Shown here one piece after another: positions 50,789-61,189 of a DNA stretch of 64,000 bases. The stretch is from Trypanosoma brucei. Taxonomy: Eukaryota. Below the pieces are notes generated by a model. That model ran no database searches. It was given only the letters and a program-made list of their open reading frames with translations, and was not told where the DNA came from. How positions within the stretch are numbered: position 1 is the first letter of the stretch; every line of letters begins with the position of its first letter. A program made the translations under genes and the position numbers. The stretch spans positions 1,152,001 through 1,216,000 of the forward strand of contig CP000066.1 of assembly GCA_000002445.1 (NCBI GenBank), in the 5' to 3' direction.

Positions 50789-53539
50789 CTACATGAGGCT
50801 GGCAAGATCCTGCAGGGCGGTACGTCGCTCTTGCTGGAGAGTCTGCAGGGAATCTGGGTCGGGTTTCTTCTCAGGTGTCACGGGATCTGCTGAGCTCCAT
50901 GTGGCGGATCTTGCCGTTTTTGCCGTCCAAATCCGATCGTTGACGTTCTGAAGCGATTCAGTTAATCTTCGTATCTCGTGTTCCCTGTGGTCGGGTGTGC
51001 CGCTGTTTCTCACCACAGAACCACTCAGTGCAGGAAAGCGCTGGCCATTTGAACTGGCTACCCGAGGCTCCAAACACAATGGGGGGCTAAGAGGCCGAAG
51101 GCTGTCATTTCTCATCGTTGAGGCGCTCGTTCTCACCAACGCGTCCCGTTCCAGTGAGAAGTTGGTCCCGCTCATTCTTGGACCGGGAAATAAAAAAGGA
51201 GCGCTGGGAGACTTTGGTGAAAACGAGGGGGAGCCTTGGCCTGCGTTTCTCACCCTGACTTGCCCAATTGGGTAGGGATCTGCCAAAGAGGCTTCCCCGT
51301 CACGTCGTGGAGTTTGAATTTGAATTTGGGGAAGTGGCACAAACTGCTTTTCTACACATGCGGGTGGTACCGGTTTTACTCCCCCAAACGGCGGCGAGCC
51401 CGTGTTAGGGGATCCACACACTGCTAATGAAACATTGCCATGACAAGCCTTCCTTGAGGGCAACGAACGGCAAATTTTTATCCCAACAGCGGAGATGTCG
51501 GCACTTTCGGAGGTGTTTGTATCGGTCGACATATGTTTTGATACGGCGTCGGACAGATCGCCGCTGGTTGCGGGATCCACCTTATCGATGAGCTCATCAA
51601 AATCCAATATGCCCTCTGTATAACTGCGCCTTGAGCGGATTCCGTTGCTTGAGGTGTACAACCCCTCTCCAACCAGAACATTGCGCTTCCAAGTACACTC
51701 CAACTTGCCCCCCTCAAAAAACATATAAACGCCGGGACCGTCACGGTGCGGAATCAAGTCGCCGCTGGACACGATACCTCCCTCGTACACATCACCGTGT
51801 GCGTAAAGAATGCGGCCAGTACCAAAGGCAGCGCCATTTCTGTACTTGCCCTGAAATACCGTTCCGTTTTTGTGAATGGCCTCTCCATCCCCACTCATTT
51901 TCCCGTTAATAAATTCACCCTTGAGAATGTGGCCCTCCCTCGTGGTCATCTTGCCGGCTCCAGTCATCTCTCCCGAGATGAAGTTACCCTCATACACTTC
52001 ACCGCTGCGAATCAGACAGAGTTTTCCCTCTCCGTGTTTATTGCCTTGGCTAAACTTTCCCGTGTAAGTACGCTCATATGGAACGATCTCGGTGCCGAGC
52101 CCATCCACGAGTCCCTTGGACCATTGGCCCTTGTAGCTGTATCCCCCGTGCAACTTCAGCAAGCCTTCCCCGTCGAAATAACCCTCCTTCCATCCGCCCT
52201 CGTACGTGTTCTCAACGCTGGCACCGACCGTCCATGACGCTTTTCCAGTTCCATTTGGTAATCCCTTAACGAACGAACCGGTGTAACTAACCGATGAGCA
52301 GGTTAGTGTCCCCTCTCCATGGGGGAAGCCACGCAGTACATCCCCGCAGTACGTGCGATCAATTTGGTCCCATATCCACTGACCTTTGCCATTGGGTAAT
52401 CCATCGGTCCACGAGCCCTTGTAACGACCAGAAAAGTTGTATTTTGGAAGGAAACCACGGGGTTCCAGGGGGCTCTCCTCACTGAGAGTGTCGGTGTCCG
52501 GATTCGCAGCAAGAAACACACCCTCACCGCTACCTTTGGGGAGGCCCGCTACGAACTCACCGTCGTACTGAAGTATAAAATCCCCGATCTCGGGAAGGGT
52601 GACTGGTTTCTTGAGCAGCACGCCCTTCCCATGTGGCTTGCTCATGCGCACTGATCCTCTGTAGCTGTACCCTTCCCTGTACTCGATTACTGCATTGTCA
52701 CCTGTCAACTCCCCGCGTACGGCAGGCCCACAATAATATACCAGGGACGGATCAGCCCTCGGTATCTTATCTCCTGTAATTGTCACTACGCCCTCGAGGG
52801 AACCATAGTGCCACTCACCGCGATACTCGGCACCCGATATAATCATAACGCCGGGACCGTGCCGCCTGTCGCATTCGAAAGATCCTTTGAACACACACCC
52901 AGTGCTTGAACGGTGCACGCCCTTACCGTGTCGGTGTAATCCCTCAATTTCACCCTCGTAGGTGGAGCCATCTGAATATTTCAGCGTTCCAGCACCTTTC
53001 GGGACATCATCAACAAACGTACCAACGTAGCTTGAAACGTGAGACTCTCCAGGTATGGGCTTATATCCGGGGATAGAGGCGTTTTTACCCACTTCCAACT
53101 CCCCACGCCCGTGGCGCTTGTCATCAAGCCACTCTCCCTTGTACACGCTTCCGTTTTTGTAACGGCAGGTGCCATCTTGGCCCCTTCGCTTGCCGTTGGC
53201 AAAAGGACCTGTGTAATCCACAAAGTCATCCGATTCTTCGTTCCCAAAAAGAATGCCCATGCCGTGCATATTGTCTTTAAGCCACCCCCCCTCATACCTC
53301 CTTCCATCTGAGAAGACACAAATACCGCTGCCATTGCGGTCCCCTTCAAAGAAGTTGCCTTCATACGTAAACCCGTTTTCCCCCGGTAGTACGTACGTAC
53401 CTTTCCCGTGAGGCCTATCATCGCGCCACATGCCTGTGTAGGTGGCTCGATTTGCCTTCCAGAAAACTTCAGCGTGATCAGCACCACATGACTTCTGACG
53501 TGTTTCCCCCCTATAGCGGCTGTCGCTCGGATGCCCCAT
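50789..53539 (-). CDS. MORN-repeat protein (at least 25 MORN motifs) with a roughly 250-aa Ser/Pro-rich C-terminal extension
   Basis: The track ORF starts at a GTG; the first ATG at 53539 gives MGHPSDSRYRGE.... The 23-aa unit Y.G....G..HG.G......G..Y.G.W is reiterated through about 650 aa (e.g. YKGEWLDDKRHGRGELEV, YEGGWLKDNMHGMGILF). Confidence 0.8.
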   Translation of the reverse strand: MGHPSDSRYRGETRQKSCGADHAEVFWKANRATYTGMWRDDRPHGKGTYVLPGENGFTYEGNFFEGDRNGSGICVFSDGRRYEGGWLKDNMHGMGILFGNEESDDFVDYTGPFANGKRRGQDGTCRYKNGSVYKGEWLDDKRHGRGELEVGKNASIPGYKPIPGESHVSSYVGTFVDDVPKGAGTLKYSDGSTYEGEIEGLHRHGKGVHRSSTGCVFKGSFECDRRHGPGVMIISGAEYRGEWHYGSLEGVVTITGDKIPRADPSLVYYCGPAVRGELTGDNAVIEYREGYSYRGSVRMSKPHGKGVLLKKPVTLPEIGDFILQYDGEFVAGLPKGSGEGVFLAANPDTDTLSEESPLEPRGFLPKYNFSGRYKGSWTDGLPNGKGQWIWDQIDRTYCGDVLRGFPHGEGTLTCSSVSYTGSFVKGLPNGTGKASWTVGASVENTYEGGWKEGYFDGEGLLKLHGGYSYKGQWSKGLVDGLGTEIVPYERTYTGKFSQGNKHGEGKLCLIRSGEVYEGNFISGEMTGAGKMTTREGHILKGEFINGKMSGDGEAIHKNGTVFQGKYRNGAAFGTGRILYAHGDVYEGGIVSSGDLIPHRDGPGVYMFFEGGKLECTWKRNVLVGEGLYTSSNGIRSRRSYTEGILDFDELIDKVDPATSGDLSDAVSKHMSTDTNTSESADISAVGIKICRSLPSRKACHGNVSLAVCGSPNTGSPPFGGVKPVPPACVEKQFVPLPQIQIQTPRRDGEASLADPYPIGQVRVRNAGQGSPSFSPKSPSAPFLFPGPRMSGTNFSLERDALVRTSASTMRNDSLRPLSPPLCLEPRVASSNGQRFPALSGSVVRNSGTPDHREHEIRRLTESLQNVNDRIWTAKTARSATWSSADPVTPEKKPDPDSLQTLQQERRTALQDLASLM

Positions 53540-54169
53540 CACCTCGTGAGATCCTTTCTCCACTCGCGTCCCCTACAGAATCCTCACCGCTACTTTCTCC
53601 TGCAGTCTTTTTTTTTTTAATTACTAATGGAAGCTGATTTTGGCAGTCAATACTTGCAACGGGCACTACTGGCGGGTTTTTTAAAATAGCAGTCAATAGA
53701 CAAAGGATAAGCAGAAAAAAAAAAGAAAACGGTAATGACAATAACAATAAATGGGATAGACGGATCAAATAGTCCGGGATGTCGTTATGCATCACCCAGA
53801 GTTGAAATACCTTCTAACAACACCACCTTTTAAAACAATTACCCGGGATAACAAGTTCTTTCTAAACCAAGAGAGAGATGTTACCGGTGGCACAAACCCA
53901 TTACTAAGTATCATTGAGAAAAATTACGAACAAAGTAACTAAACAAATAACGAAACCAGCATCTGTCGATAACGGAAGTAAGGAAGTGAAACAAGTTGAA
54001 GCAAAGAAAAGAAGTGCATGTAAAGGTGTCAACACCAACACACCTCAACAACAACAAAATAGTACTTAAAACGTAAAAAGAAAGAACGGTTTAAGCGAAC
54101 GACATGAATCGGTCAGCGTAGGAGTACTGAAAGGATGCAGACGTGAGGACACAGGAGGAACCACGGTAT

Positions 54170-56542
54170 TCAAACACACTCACTGGTCATCACGCTCCAG
54201 GCTCTTCGAAGAAGCACTTCAGGCACAGAGTGCTGAAAAGCGAAGTGCAGTGCCCGAGAGGAAACTTCATCATCCGGTAGCTTTCCGTCCTCACCAACAT
54301 TTCGCACTGGAACCGCATTGTAAGAGGGCACAAGTTCATAGCTGCCACCAACGAAATCTGTACTATCCGCTCCCAAGTGCGCCCTTACCCCGTCACGAGG
54401 TCTTTTACGGCTACTCTCCAGGAGTGTCGTCAACATTTCGATCAGAATAATTTCCCCCCTGGGCACAATGTTTGGTTGAACAGCTTCCATATAATGTGTC
54501 GCTAATAGCACTAACGGGCGCTGGTTTCCCATCGAAATAAATGTTCGCAGAGAAGCCGCCAGCAATGCGGCTCCATCCACCGAAAGCGTTCCTTTTCCAA
54601 ATTCATCAATCACTAGAAGCATCCGGGCCGCCCCTTCATCGCTCTCTCTGCAGCGGCTGCCACAGCGTTGTAGCATGCGGCTCATAGATGCAAGCTCGTT
54701 ACCAAAACTGGAATGCAGCTCCTTTACCGCAAAGGTTAAATCTTCGTTACCCCTACAGGCGGAAGGAGTATGTAGCGCAACGAATGTATCTATTAAACCG
54801 ATGGCGGCATGCGCACACGGTACGTACGAGCCAATATGAGCGAGAAAGACAGTGTGGGCTATCGTTGTTATGAACACCGATTTTCCACTCCCATTTGCCC
54901 CAGTGACCACACACACACGGTCTGCACTGCGTCGGATTGTCAAGGAGCACGGAACCACCGGTTGTGACATTCGAGCCAATATAGGGTGCACCGCTCGAGA
55001 AATTTCAAGTACGCCCGCATCAGGTACAATTTCAGGACGACTCCACTGCCCCTCCAATGCGCACAGTGCAAAACCTATTAGGCAGTCCAATTCCGCACAG
55101 AGATGCAAGGGAATAAGCGCTGGCGACAATTCAAGCAATCGGTGATCTACCCGACGTTGCACTTCACCTTCCCGATCCAGTATGGCTGAGCGCAAATCAC
55201 CCACCTCCTCATCCAGCCTCCGTGTTAGAGACGTCTTAAAGAAAGGCCCATCATCCGTCTGCAGCACTAACTCCCAGTCCCGTGGTAACTCAGTTTCCAG
55301 CAGCGTTGGTGGACAATGAGGAAGCACAATTACATGACCCCATTGCGGAGCAAACGCACAAAGTAGTGTACCCGGTCGCCAGTGCGGTGGAAGACCCTGT
55401 TTTTCCTCCTCAGCCACGCGCGTCAGCAGTTCATCAAGGTGGGCAAAATGCTCTCGAAGTTCATCCAGTTCCGGGTCACAGCCGGGGCGAATTCGGACGT
55501 ATGTCTTGCCAAGCGTGTCGCGAGGCTCTCGGGTTAAAGATATTGATCTGGTGATTATATCGCTCATCTCCTCCAACTGCGCGGCTTGGCAACTCGCGAC
55601 GATGCGCATGAATAAAGGAAACCTGTGGGCCTCCGTAGAGAGGAGCGAGGCAATTTGCAAGAGTCCAAGGGTGGAACGCAATAGGGAATCGTAATCACCA
55701 GTTGTGTGCTTGGAAGCACGCATCTTTGTGAAGATACTGCCCGGTTGCCTCAGCCGTTTCAGGGAGCGTCGAAGATTAGTCATTATGCTGTGGTTATCCC
55801 TATTTGTGAAAAAGTCAACAACGCTGTACCGCTGCTGTAATTCCCTCTCGTTCTGCAAGGGGAGCGCGAACCATTGCCGCAACAAAGCCCCTCCAAGGGG
55901 GCCGCTGGTCCTGTCCACCACACTCAAAAGGGAGAGGCCCTCCTTTGACTGTCCAATGCCTTGATAGTCCATAGGGTGCGCCTCCGTGCGGATTATTTGT
56001 AAACTAGACAGTGTGTCCGCATCAACATACAAAACACCGGCCGGAGGCACCTCGGCAACGTCAGCAACGGGGTGGCGCGAGTGCTGTAAATGCAACAAAA
56101 GCGCTGCGAGTGTCATAAGCATTACATGTTTATGAACACATATACGTGCGCACCATTCGGCTCTCTTCACATTAGCCCAGAGTTGGGCGAGGATATCCCA
56201 CAACCTGGCGCTATCGAAGTCACTGGGTGGAGCAAATACTACGTTGAGGCTGCACAACCGAGCAATATCCAATATCACCTGCGACCCAGCGGCTGGCACC
56301 AAAACAGATGATGGTTTACATATTGTCAAGTATTGTAACAACCAGAGAAGCTCACCAGGCACATCCATTGTTGAGTTAATTGGAACATCGCCATCAAACC
56401 TTGACGCAAACGACTCTGAACAGTGCACAACACAAAGACCGCTGCTATAAGAAGCAAGACCAACGCGCCCTTGATGCGCAATCAAACTCACAACGTCAAC
56501 CACTACATCATTTTCAGCAATATCATCCAAACCTTCGTCCAT
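54170..56542 (-). CDS. MSH5: MutS homologue 5 (MSH5), meiosis-specific MutS-gamma subunit
   Basis: True ATG (atggacgaaggtttggat). The Walker A region is [50 protein letters not shown], compared with human MSH5 [48 protein letters not shown]. The Walker B region is [27 protein letters not shown], compared with [27 protein letters not shown]. The N-terminus ([18 protein letters not shown]) aligns with MSH5 LSILWSGGKLGIAYYD and lacks a MutS-I mismatch-binding domain. 790 aa. Confidence 0.85.
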   Translation of the reverse strand: [790 protein letters not shown]

Positions 56543-56863
56543 AAAGCCCCTTTACAAACCACACAAAAAAAAGAATGAAATAAAGGAATACAGTCAGGTA
56601 AAAAAGAAAAAAACATAAAAAGCATAACCCAAACCATTAACAGAAAAAAGTGGAGATTATCACCTAAAAATACATCAGAAAGAAGTGAACAAGAAGCATT
56701 TTCTACACTTCCATCAAACAGCACGACCACCCACAAGTAACAATCTCGCAAAGATCACTAACTCAAAAAGTAAAAACTATGACAAAACTTCTAGAAGAAT
56801 GGGTTGGTTCATAAGAAAAAAACATCTACAAACAAAAAAATCTACATAATAATTGCGGCCACA

Positions 56864-58633
56864 CTATTCGAGGCGTGCCGGTGCAGTGTTGTTTCCGATG
56901 CGGACCTGCTCGCCACCGGCACCAGAGCTGCGCAGTAAGCGCGCCCTCTTGATTTCCTCGCGTTCGGCGGCAATCTTCACCTCCTCCTGCTTCGTCAGGT
57001 GCGAGCGGTACTCCACCATCTTGCTGCGGCGTGTAAGCACCTCCTCGTTGTTCTCGTCCACAGGGTGGTTGAACTCGATGCCAGCAGCGTCCAGAGCCTC
57101 CTCTGACTCCTTGAACTCCTCCAACGCCTTCGCCTGCTTCTCTTTCAGCATCGCCAGCTCCTCCTCTACGCCCTGGCGCAGCCTGTATAGCTCTTTCTTC
57201 ATGTCGGCGTGCTTCTTCGCATTCGGGTCGAATGTTTCCACACAGAACTCCAACTGGATGTGCGTTGTACGGATGTTCCGGTCAATCTCCTCCATCCGCT
57301 TCTCTTTCTTGTAGATAAGAGAACCCAACGTGAGGTACAGCATGCGGAAGTACTCCAAGTGCTCTTTATGAACATCCAAACGAAGGGCTGCAAGATCCTG
57401 GCTCGTTTTGTCGTGGCGGGCCTTCACCGCGGCACAGCCCTCCGACACCAGCTCCTCCACCAGCCCGGTACAGCGGATCGCGAGGTCGCAGTTGTACACT
57501 GTCAGCTCGAGCAGTTTCTTGTGCTGCGAGGCAACCTCCAGGAATTGAGAGTACTCCACACGTCGCTTCTCCTCGCGGTCAATCTCCTCAATCCGCCGCT
57601 TGACCTCATCGAATCGCTCCGTGCCAAGCTTCTGCAACTGCCGCTCAAGGTCCTGGATCTTGTTCCACGTCTCCTCCTGCCTATCCTCGTTCTCTCGGAT
57701 GTAGCGGTCGCTTTTCTCTTTGTTCGCAGCGTGGCGCTTCGTCGCCTCGGCATCCTCAAGGTCAGCCTTCTGGATCGCGTCGTGGATGTGCTTCAGATCT
57801 GTCTCACACCGCTGCTTCAGGCGACGCTTCGCATCCTTCATCTGACTCGTTTCCTGATTCGCCTGTTTCTGCACCTCATGGATTTTGCTGAAGGCCTGGT
57901 TCTCCTCCTCACATTTGCTGATCAAGCGGAATTTGTCCTGAATCAGATCGATTAAGCGCTCCTGAAGCTGTACCTTCGTCCACATTTGCTCCTCGGCGAC
58001 CTGCATCTCACCATCATGCATCGCAACGTTCTGGATCTCGTTCGTTTTTTCAAGCTGCGCCAACTGCGTCTTGATCTGGTCGTCAGTTGAGGCAAGCGCA
58101 TTCTGGATTTGCGTTACGTTCATGATATCCTCCACTTGCTTCAATGTCTGTGTGGGGACCTGCGCCAACTGCGTTGCATCCAGCTGCGAGCGGCGAAGCT
58201 CCTCCTCAACCTTTTCAACCTTCGCGATGGCGTTGTCGATCATCTGCGTGAAGCTCACAACACGCGTCTTGTTGCGGTTCTGACGCAGGTCCTGAAGCAC
58301 CTTTTTCATGGCAATAATGTCCATGAATTGTGCCTTGTCCTCAGGGCGGTAAAGCTCGCGTTGGCTCATCTCGAGTCCACACACGCGCATCAGCTTTGCG
58401 AGGTCGTATACCTCCGTTAGGTTCCATTTCGTACCGACGTCCACAGCGGCAACCAGCTCCTCAGCCTTCAGGTGGGCGCCGCGCAGCTTCTGCCTCTGTG
58501 TCTCGCTCCAGTCAGATACATGCAATTCCTGTACAAGTTCCTCATTCTCCAAACAGGCTGTCTTCAGCTTCAGGTTGTGGATCTTCTGCTTGCGCGCAGC
58601 CTCCAAACCAGTGGCATCGTCAACTGCGGCCAT
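56864..58633 (-). CDS. PFR1: Paraflagellar rod protein (major PFR component), array copy 1
   Basis: True ATG (atggccgcagttgacgat). The 589-aa alpha-helical protein MAAVDDATGLEAARKQKIHNLKLKTACLENEELVQELHVSDWSETQRQKL... matches from memory the T. brucei PFR-C/PFR1-type N-terminus; I cannot exclude the paralogous PFR2/PFR-A type without a database. The tandem multicopy arrangement is typical of PFR loci. Confidence 0.85.
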   Translation of the reverse strand: MAAVDDATGLEAARKQKIHNLKLKTACLENEELVQELHVSDWSETQRQKLRGAHLKAEELVAAVDVGTKWNLTEVYDLAKLMRVCGLEMSQRELYRPEDKAQFMDIIAMKKVLQDLRQNRNKTRVVSFTQMIDNAIAKVEKVEEELRRSQLDATQLAQVPTQTLKQVEDIMNVTQIQNALASTDDQIKTQLAQLEKTNEIQNVAMHDGEMQVAEEQMWTKVQLQERLIDLIQDKFRLISKCEEENQAFSKIHEVQKQANQETSQMKDAKRRLKQRCETDLKHIHDAIQKADLEDAEATKRHAANKEKSDRYIRENEDRQEETWNKIQDLERQLQKLGTERFDEVKRRIEEIDREEKRRVEYSQFLEVASQHKKLLELTVYNCDLAIRCTGLVEELVSEGCAAVKARHDKTSQDLAALRLDVHKEHLEYFRMLYLTLGSLIYKKEKRMEEIDRNIRTTHIQLEFCVETFDPNAKKHADMKKELYRLRQGVEEELAMLKEKQAKALEEFKESEEALDAAGIEFNHPVDENNEEVLTRRSKMVEYRSHLTKQEEVKIAAEREEIKRARLLRSSGAGGEQVRIGNNTAPARLE

Positions 58634-58939
58634 GGTAGCACTCTTTTATTAAGGATAATCGATTTCTTGTGTTGAAAGTTGTGTGATTTCTGTCTGGTGC
58701 TTGAAGTTCTTACGTGATGTTTCTAGATCTTATTCCTTGCTTTCCTACAAGCTATTGCGAAAAACTGTTTGCCGGACGCGTACAAGATGATGAAGAAAAG
58801 TGTGAGCATCAGTGCAATGTTAAAGCTACACAGGCAAGTGGTGGTGCCGGAAGCCGTCGGTTTGGCACAATAACAGAGCGGATGCTCGAAAACGCATCAT
58901 GGTGACCTACATATACCGACCCAGTTGGGCCTTTATTAC

Positions 58940-58966
58940 ATCTAGTACAAGAATAAGAAAAGACTG
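58940..58966 (-). promoter_or_regulatory. Candidate polypyrimidine tract plus AG trans-splice acceptor for the downstream PFR copy; recurs every 2163 bp (61103-61129, 63266-63292)
   Basis: The minus strand reads gcagtcttttcttattcttgtactag about 300 nt upstream of each PFR ATG. Kinetoplastid SL trans-splicing uses a polyY tract followed by AG. The position is not verified experimentally. Confidence 0.3.
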
Positions 58967-59026
58967 CACAAGACATTGGCATCAAATAACTAGTTGCACT
59001 CAATTTACATAATAATTGCGGCCACA

Positions 59027-60796
59027 CTATTCGAGGCGTGCCGGTGCAGTGTTGTTTCCGATGCGGACCTGCTCGCCACCGGCACCAGAGCTGCGCAGTA
59101 AGCGCGCCCTCTTGATTTCCTCGCGTTCGGCGGCAATCTTCACCTCCTCCTGCTTCGTCAGGTGCGAGCGGTACTCCACCATCTTGCTGCGGCGTGTAAG
59201 CACCTCCTCGTTGTTCTCGTCCACAGGGTGGTTGAACTCGATGCCAGCAGCGTCCAGAGCCTCCTCTGACTCCTTGAACTCCTCCAACGCCTTCGCCTGC
59301 TTCTCTTTCAGCATCGCCAGCTCCTCCTCTACGCCCTGGCGCAGCCTGTATAGCTCTTTCTTCATGTCGGCGTGCTTCTTCGCATTCGGGTCGAATGTTT
59401 CCACACAGAACTCCAACTGGATGTGCGTTGTACGGATGTTCCGGTCAATCTCCTCCATCCGCTTCTCTTTCTTGTAGATAAGAGAACCCAACGTGAGGTA
59501 CAGCATGCGGAAGTACTCCAAGTGCTCTTTATGAACATCCAAACGAAGGGCTGCAAGATCCTGGCTCGTTTTGTCGTGGCGGGCCTTCACCGCGGCACAG
59601 CCCTCCGACACCAGCTCCTCCACCAGCCCGGTACAGCGGATCGCGAGGTCGCAGTTGTACACTGTCAGCTCGAGCAGTTTCTTGTGCTGCGAGGCAACCT
59701 CCAGGAATTGAGAGTACTCCACACGTCGCTTCTCCTCGCGGTCAATCTCCTCAATCCGCCGCTTGACCTCATCGAATCGCTCCGTGCCAAGCTTCTGCAA
59801 CTGCCGCTCAAGGTCCTGGATCTTGTTCCACGTCTCCTCCTGCCTATCCTCGTTCTCTCGGATGTAGCGGTCGCTTTTCTCTTTGTTCGCAGCGTGGCGC
59901 TTCGTCGCCTCGGCATCCTCAAGGTCAGCCTTCTGGATCGCGTCGTGGATGTGCTTCAGATCTGTCTCACACCGCTGCTTCAGGCGACGCTTCGCATCCT
60001 TCATCTGACTCGTTTCCTGATTCGCCTGTTTCTGCACCTCATGGATTTTGCTGAAGGCCTGGTTCTCCTCCTCACATTTGCTGATCAAGCGGAATTTGTC
60101 CTGAATCAGATCGATTAAGCGCTCCTGAAGCTGTACCTTCGTCCACATTTGCTCCTCGGCGACCTGCATCTCACCATCATGCATCGCAACGTTCTGGATC
60201 TCGTTCGTTTTTTCAAGCTGCGCCAACTGCGTCTTGATCTGGTCGTCAGTTGAGGCAAGCGCATTCTGGATTTGCGTTACGTTCATGATATCCTCCACTT
60301 GCTTCAATGTCTGTGTGGGGACCTGCGCCAACTGCGTTGCATCCAGCTGCGAGCGGCGAAGCTCCTCCTCAACCTTTTCAACCTTCGCGATGGCGTTGTC
60401 GATCATCTGCGTGAAGCTCACAACACGCGTCTTGTTGCGGTTCTGACGCAGGTCCTGAAGCACCTTTTTCATGGCAATAATGTCCATGAATTGTGCCTTG
60501 TCCTCAGGGCGGTAAAGCTCGCGTTGGCTCATCTCGAGTCCACACACGCGCATCAGCTTTGCGAGGTCGTATACCTCCGTTAGGTTCCATTTCGTACCGA
60601 CGTCCACAGCGGCAACCAGCTCCTCAGCCTTCAGGTGGGCGCCGCGCAGCTTCTGCCTCTGTGTCTCGCTCCAGTCAGATACATGCAATTCCTGTACAAG
60701 TTCCTCATTCTCCAAACAGGCTGTCTTCAGCTTCAGGTTGTGGATCTTCTGCTTGCGCGCAGCCTCCAAACCAGTGGCATCGTCAACTGCGGCCAT
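59027..60796 (-). CDS. PFR1: Paraflagellar rod protein, array copy 2 (identical to copy 1)
   Basis: Identical protein; part of the repeated 2163-bp unit. Confidence 0.85.
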   Translation of the reverse strand: MAAVDDATGLEAARKQKIHNLKLKTACLENEELVQELHVSDWSETQRQKLRGAHLKAEELVAAVDVGTKWNLTEVYDLAKLMRVCGLEMSQRELYRPEDKAQFMDIIAMKKVLQDLRQNRNKTRVVSFTQMIDNAIAKVEKVEEELRRSQLDATQLAQVPTQTLKQVEDIMNVTQIQNALASTDDQIKTQLAQLEKTNEIQNVAMHDGEMQVAEEQMWTKVQLQERLIDLIQDKFRLISKCEEENQAFSKIHEVQKQANQETSQMKDAKRRLKQRCETDLKHIHDAIQKADLEDAEATKRHAANKEKSDRYIRENEDRQEETWNKIQDLERQLQKLGTERFDEVKRRIEEIDREEKRRVEYSQFLEVASQHKKLLELTVYNCDLAIRCTGLVEELVSEGCAAVKARHDKTSQDLAALRLDVHKEHLEYFRMLYLTLGSLIYKKEKRMEEIDRNIRTTHIQLEFCVETFDPNAKKHADMKKELYRLRQGVEEELAMLKEKQAKALEEFKESEEALDAAGIEFNHPVDENNEEVLTRRSKMVEYRSHLTKQEEVKIAAEREEIKRARLLRSSGAGGEQVRIGNNTAPARLE

Positions 60797-61189
60797 GGTA
60801 GCACTCTTTTATTAAGGATAATCGATTTCTTGTGTTGAAAGTTGTGTGATTTCTGTCTGGTGCTTGAAGTTCTTACGTGATGTTTCTAGATCTTATTCCT
60901 TGCTTTCCTACAAGCTATTGCGAAAAACTGTTTGCCGGACGCGTACAAGATGATGAAGAAAAGTGTGAGCATCAGTGCAATGTTAAAGCTACACAGGCAA
61001 GTGGTGGTGCCGGAAGCCGTCGGTTTGGCACAATAACAGAGCGGATGCTCGAAAACGCATCATGGTGACCTACATATACCGACCCAGTTGGGCCTTTATT
61101 ACATCTAGTACAAGAATAAGAAAAGACTGCACAAGACATTGGCATCAAATAACTAGTTGCACTCAATTTACATAATAATTGCGGCCACA

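Noticed and set aside
57209-57955. 248-aa plus-strand ORF, and several 60-150-aa plus/minus ORFs, inside each PFR unit (repeated at +2163 bp intervals)
   Set aside because: They are antisense or alternate-frame to a highly expressed, codon-biased coiled-coil gene. Their sequences are low-complexity (L/R/Q-rich) and they are repeated only because the DNA unit is repeated.
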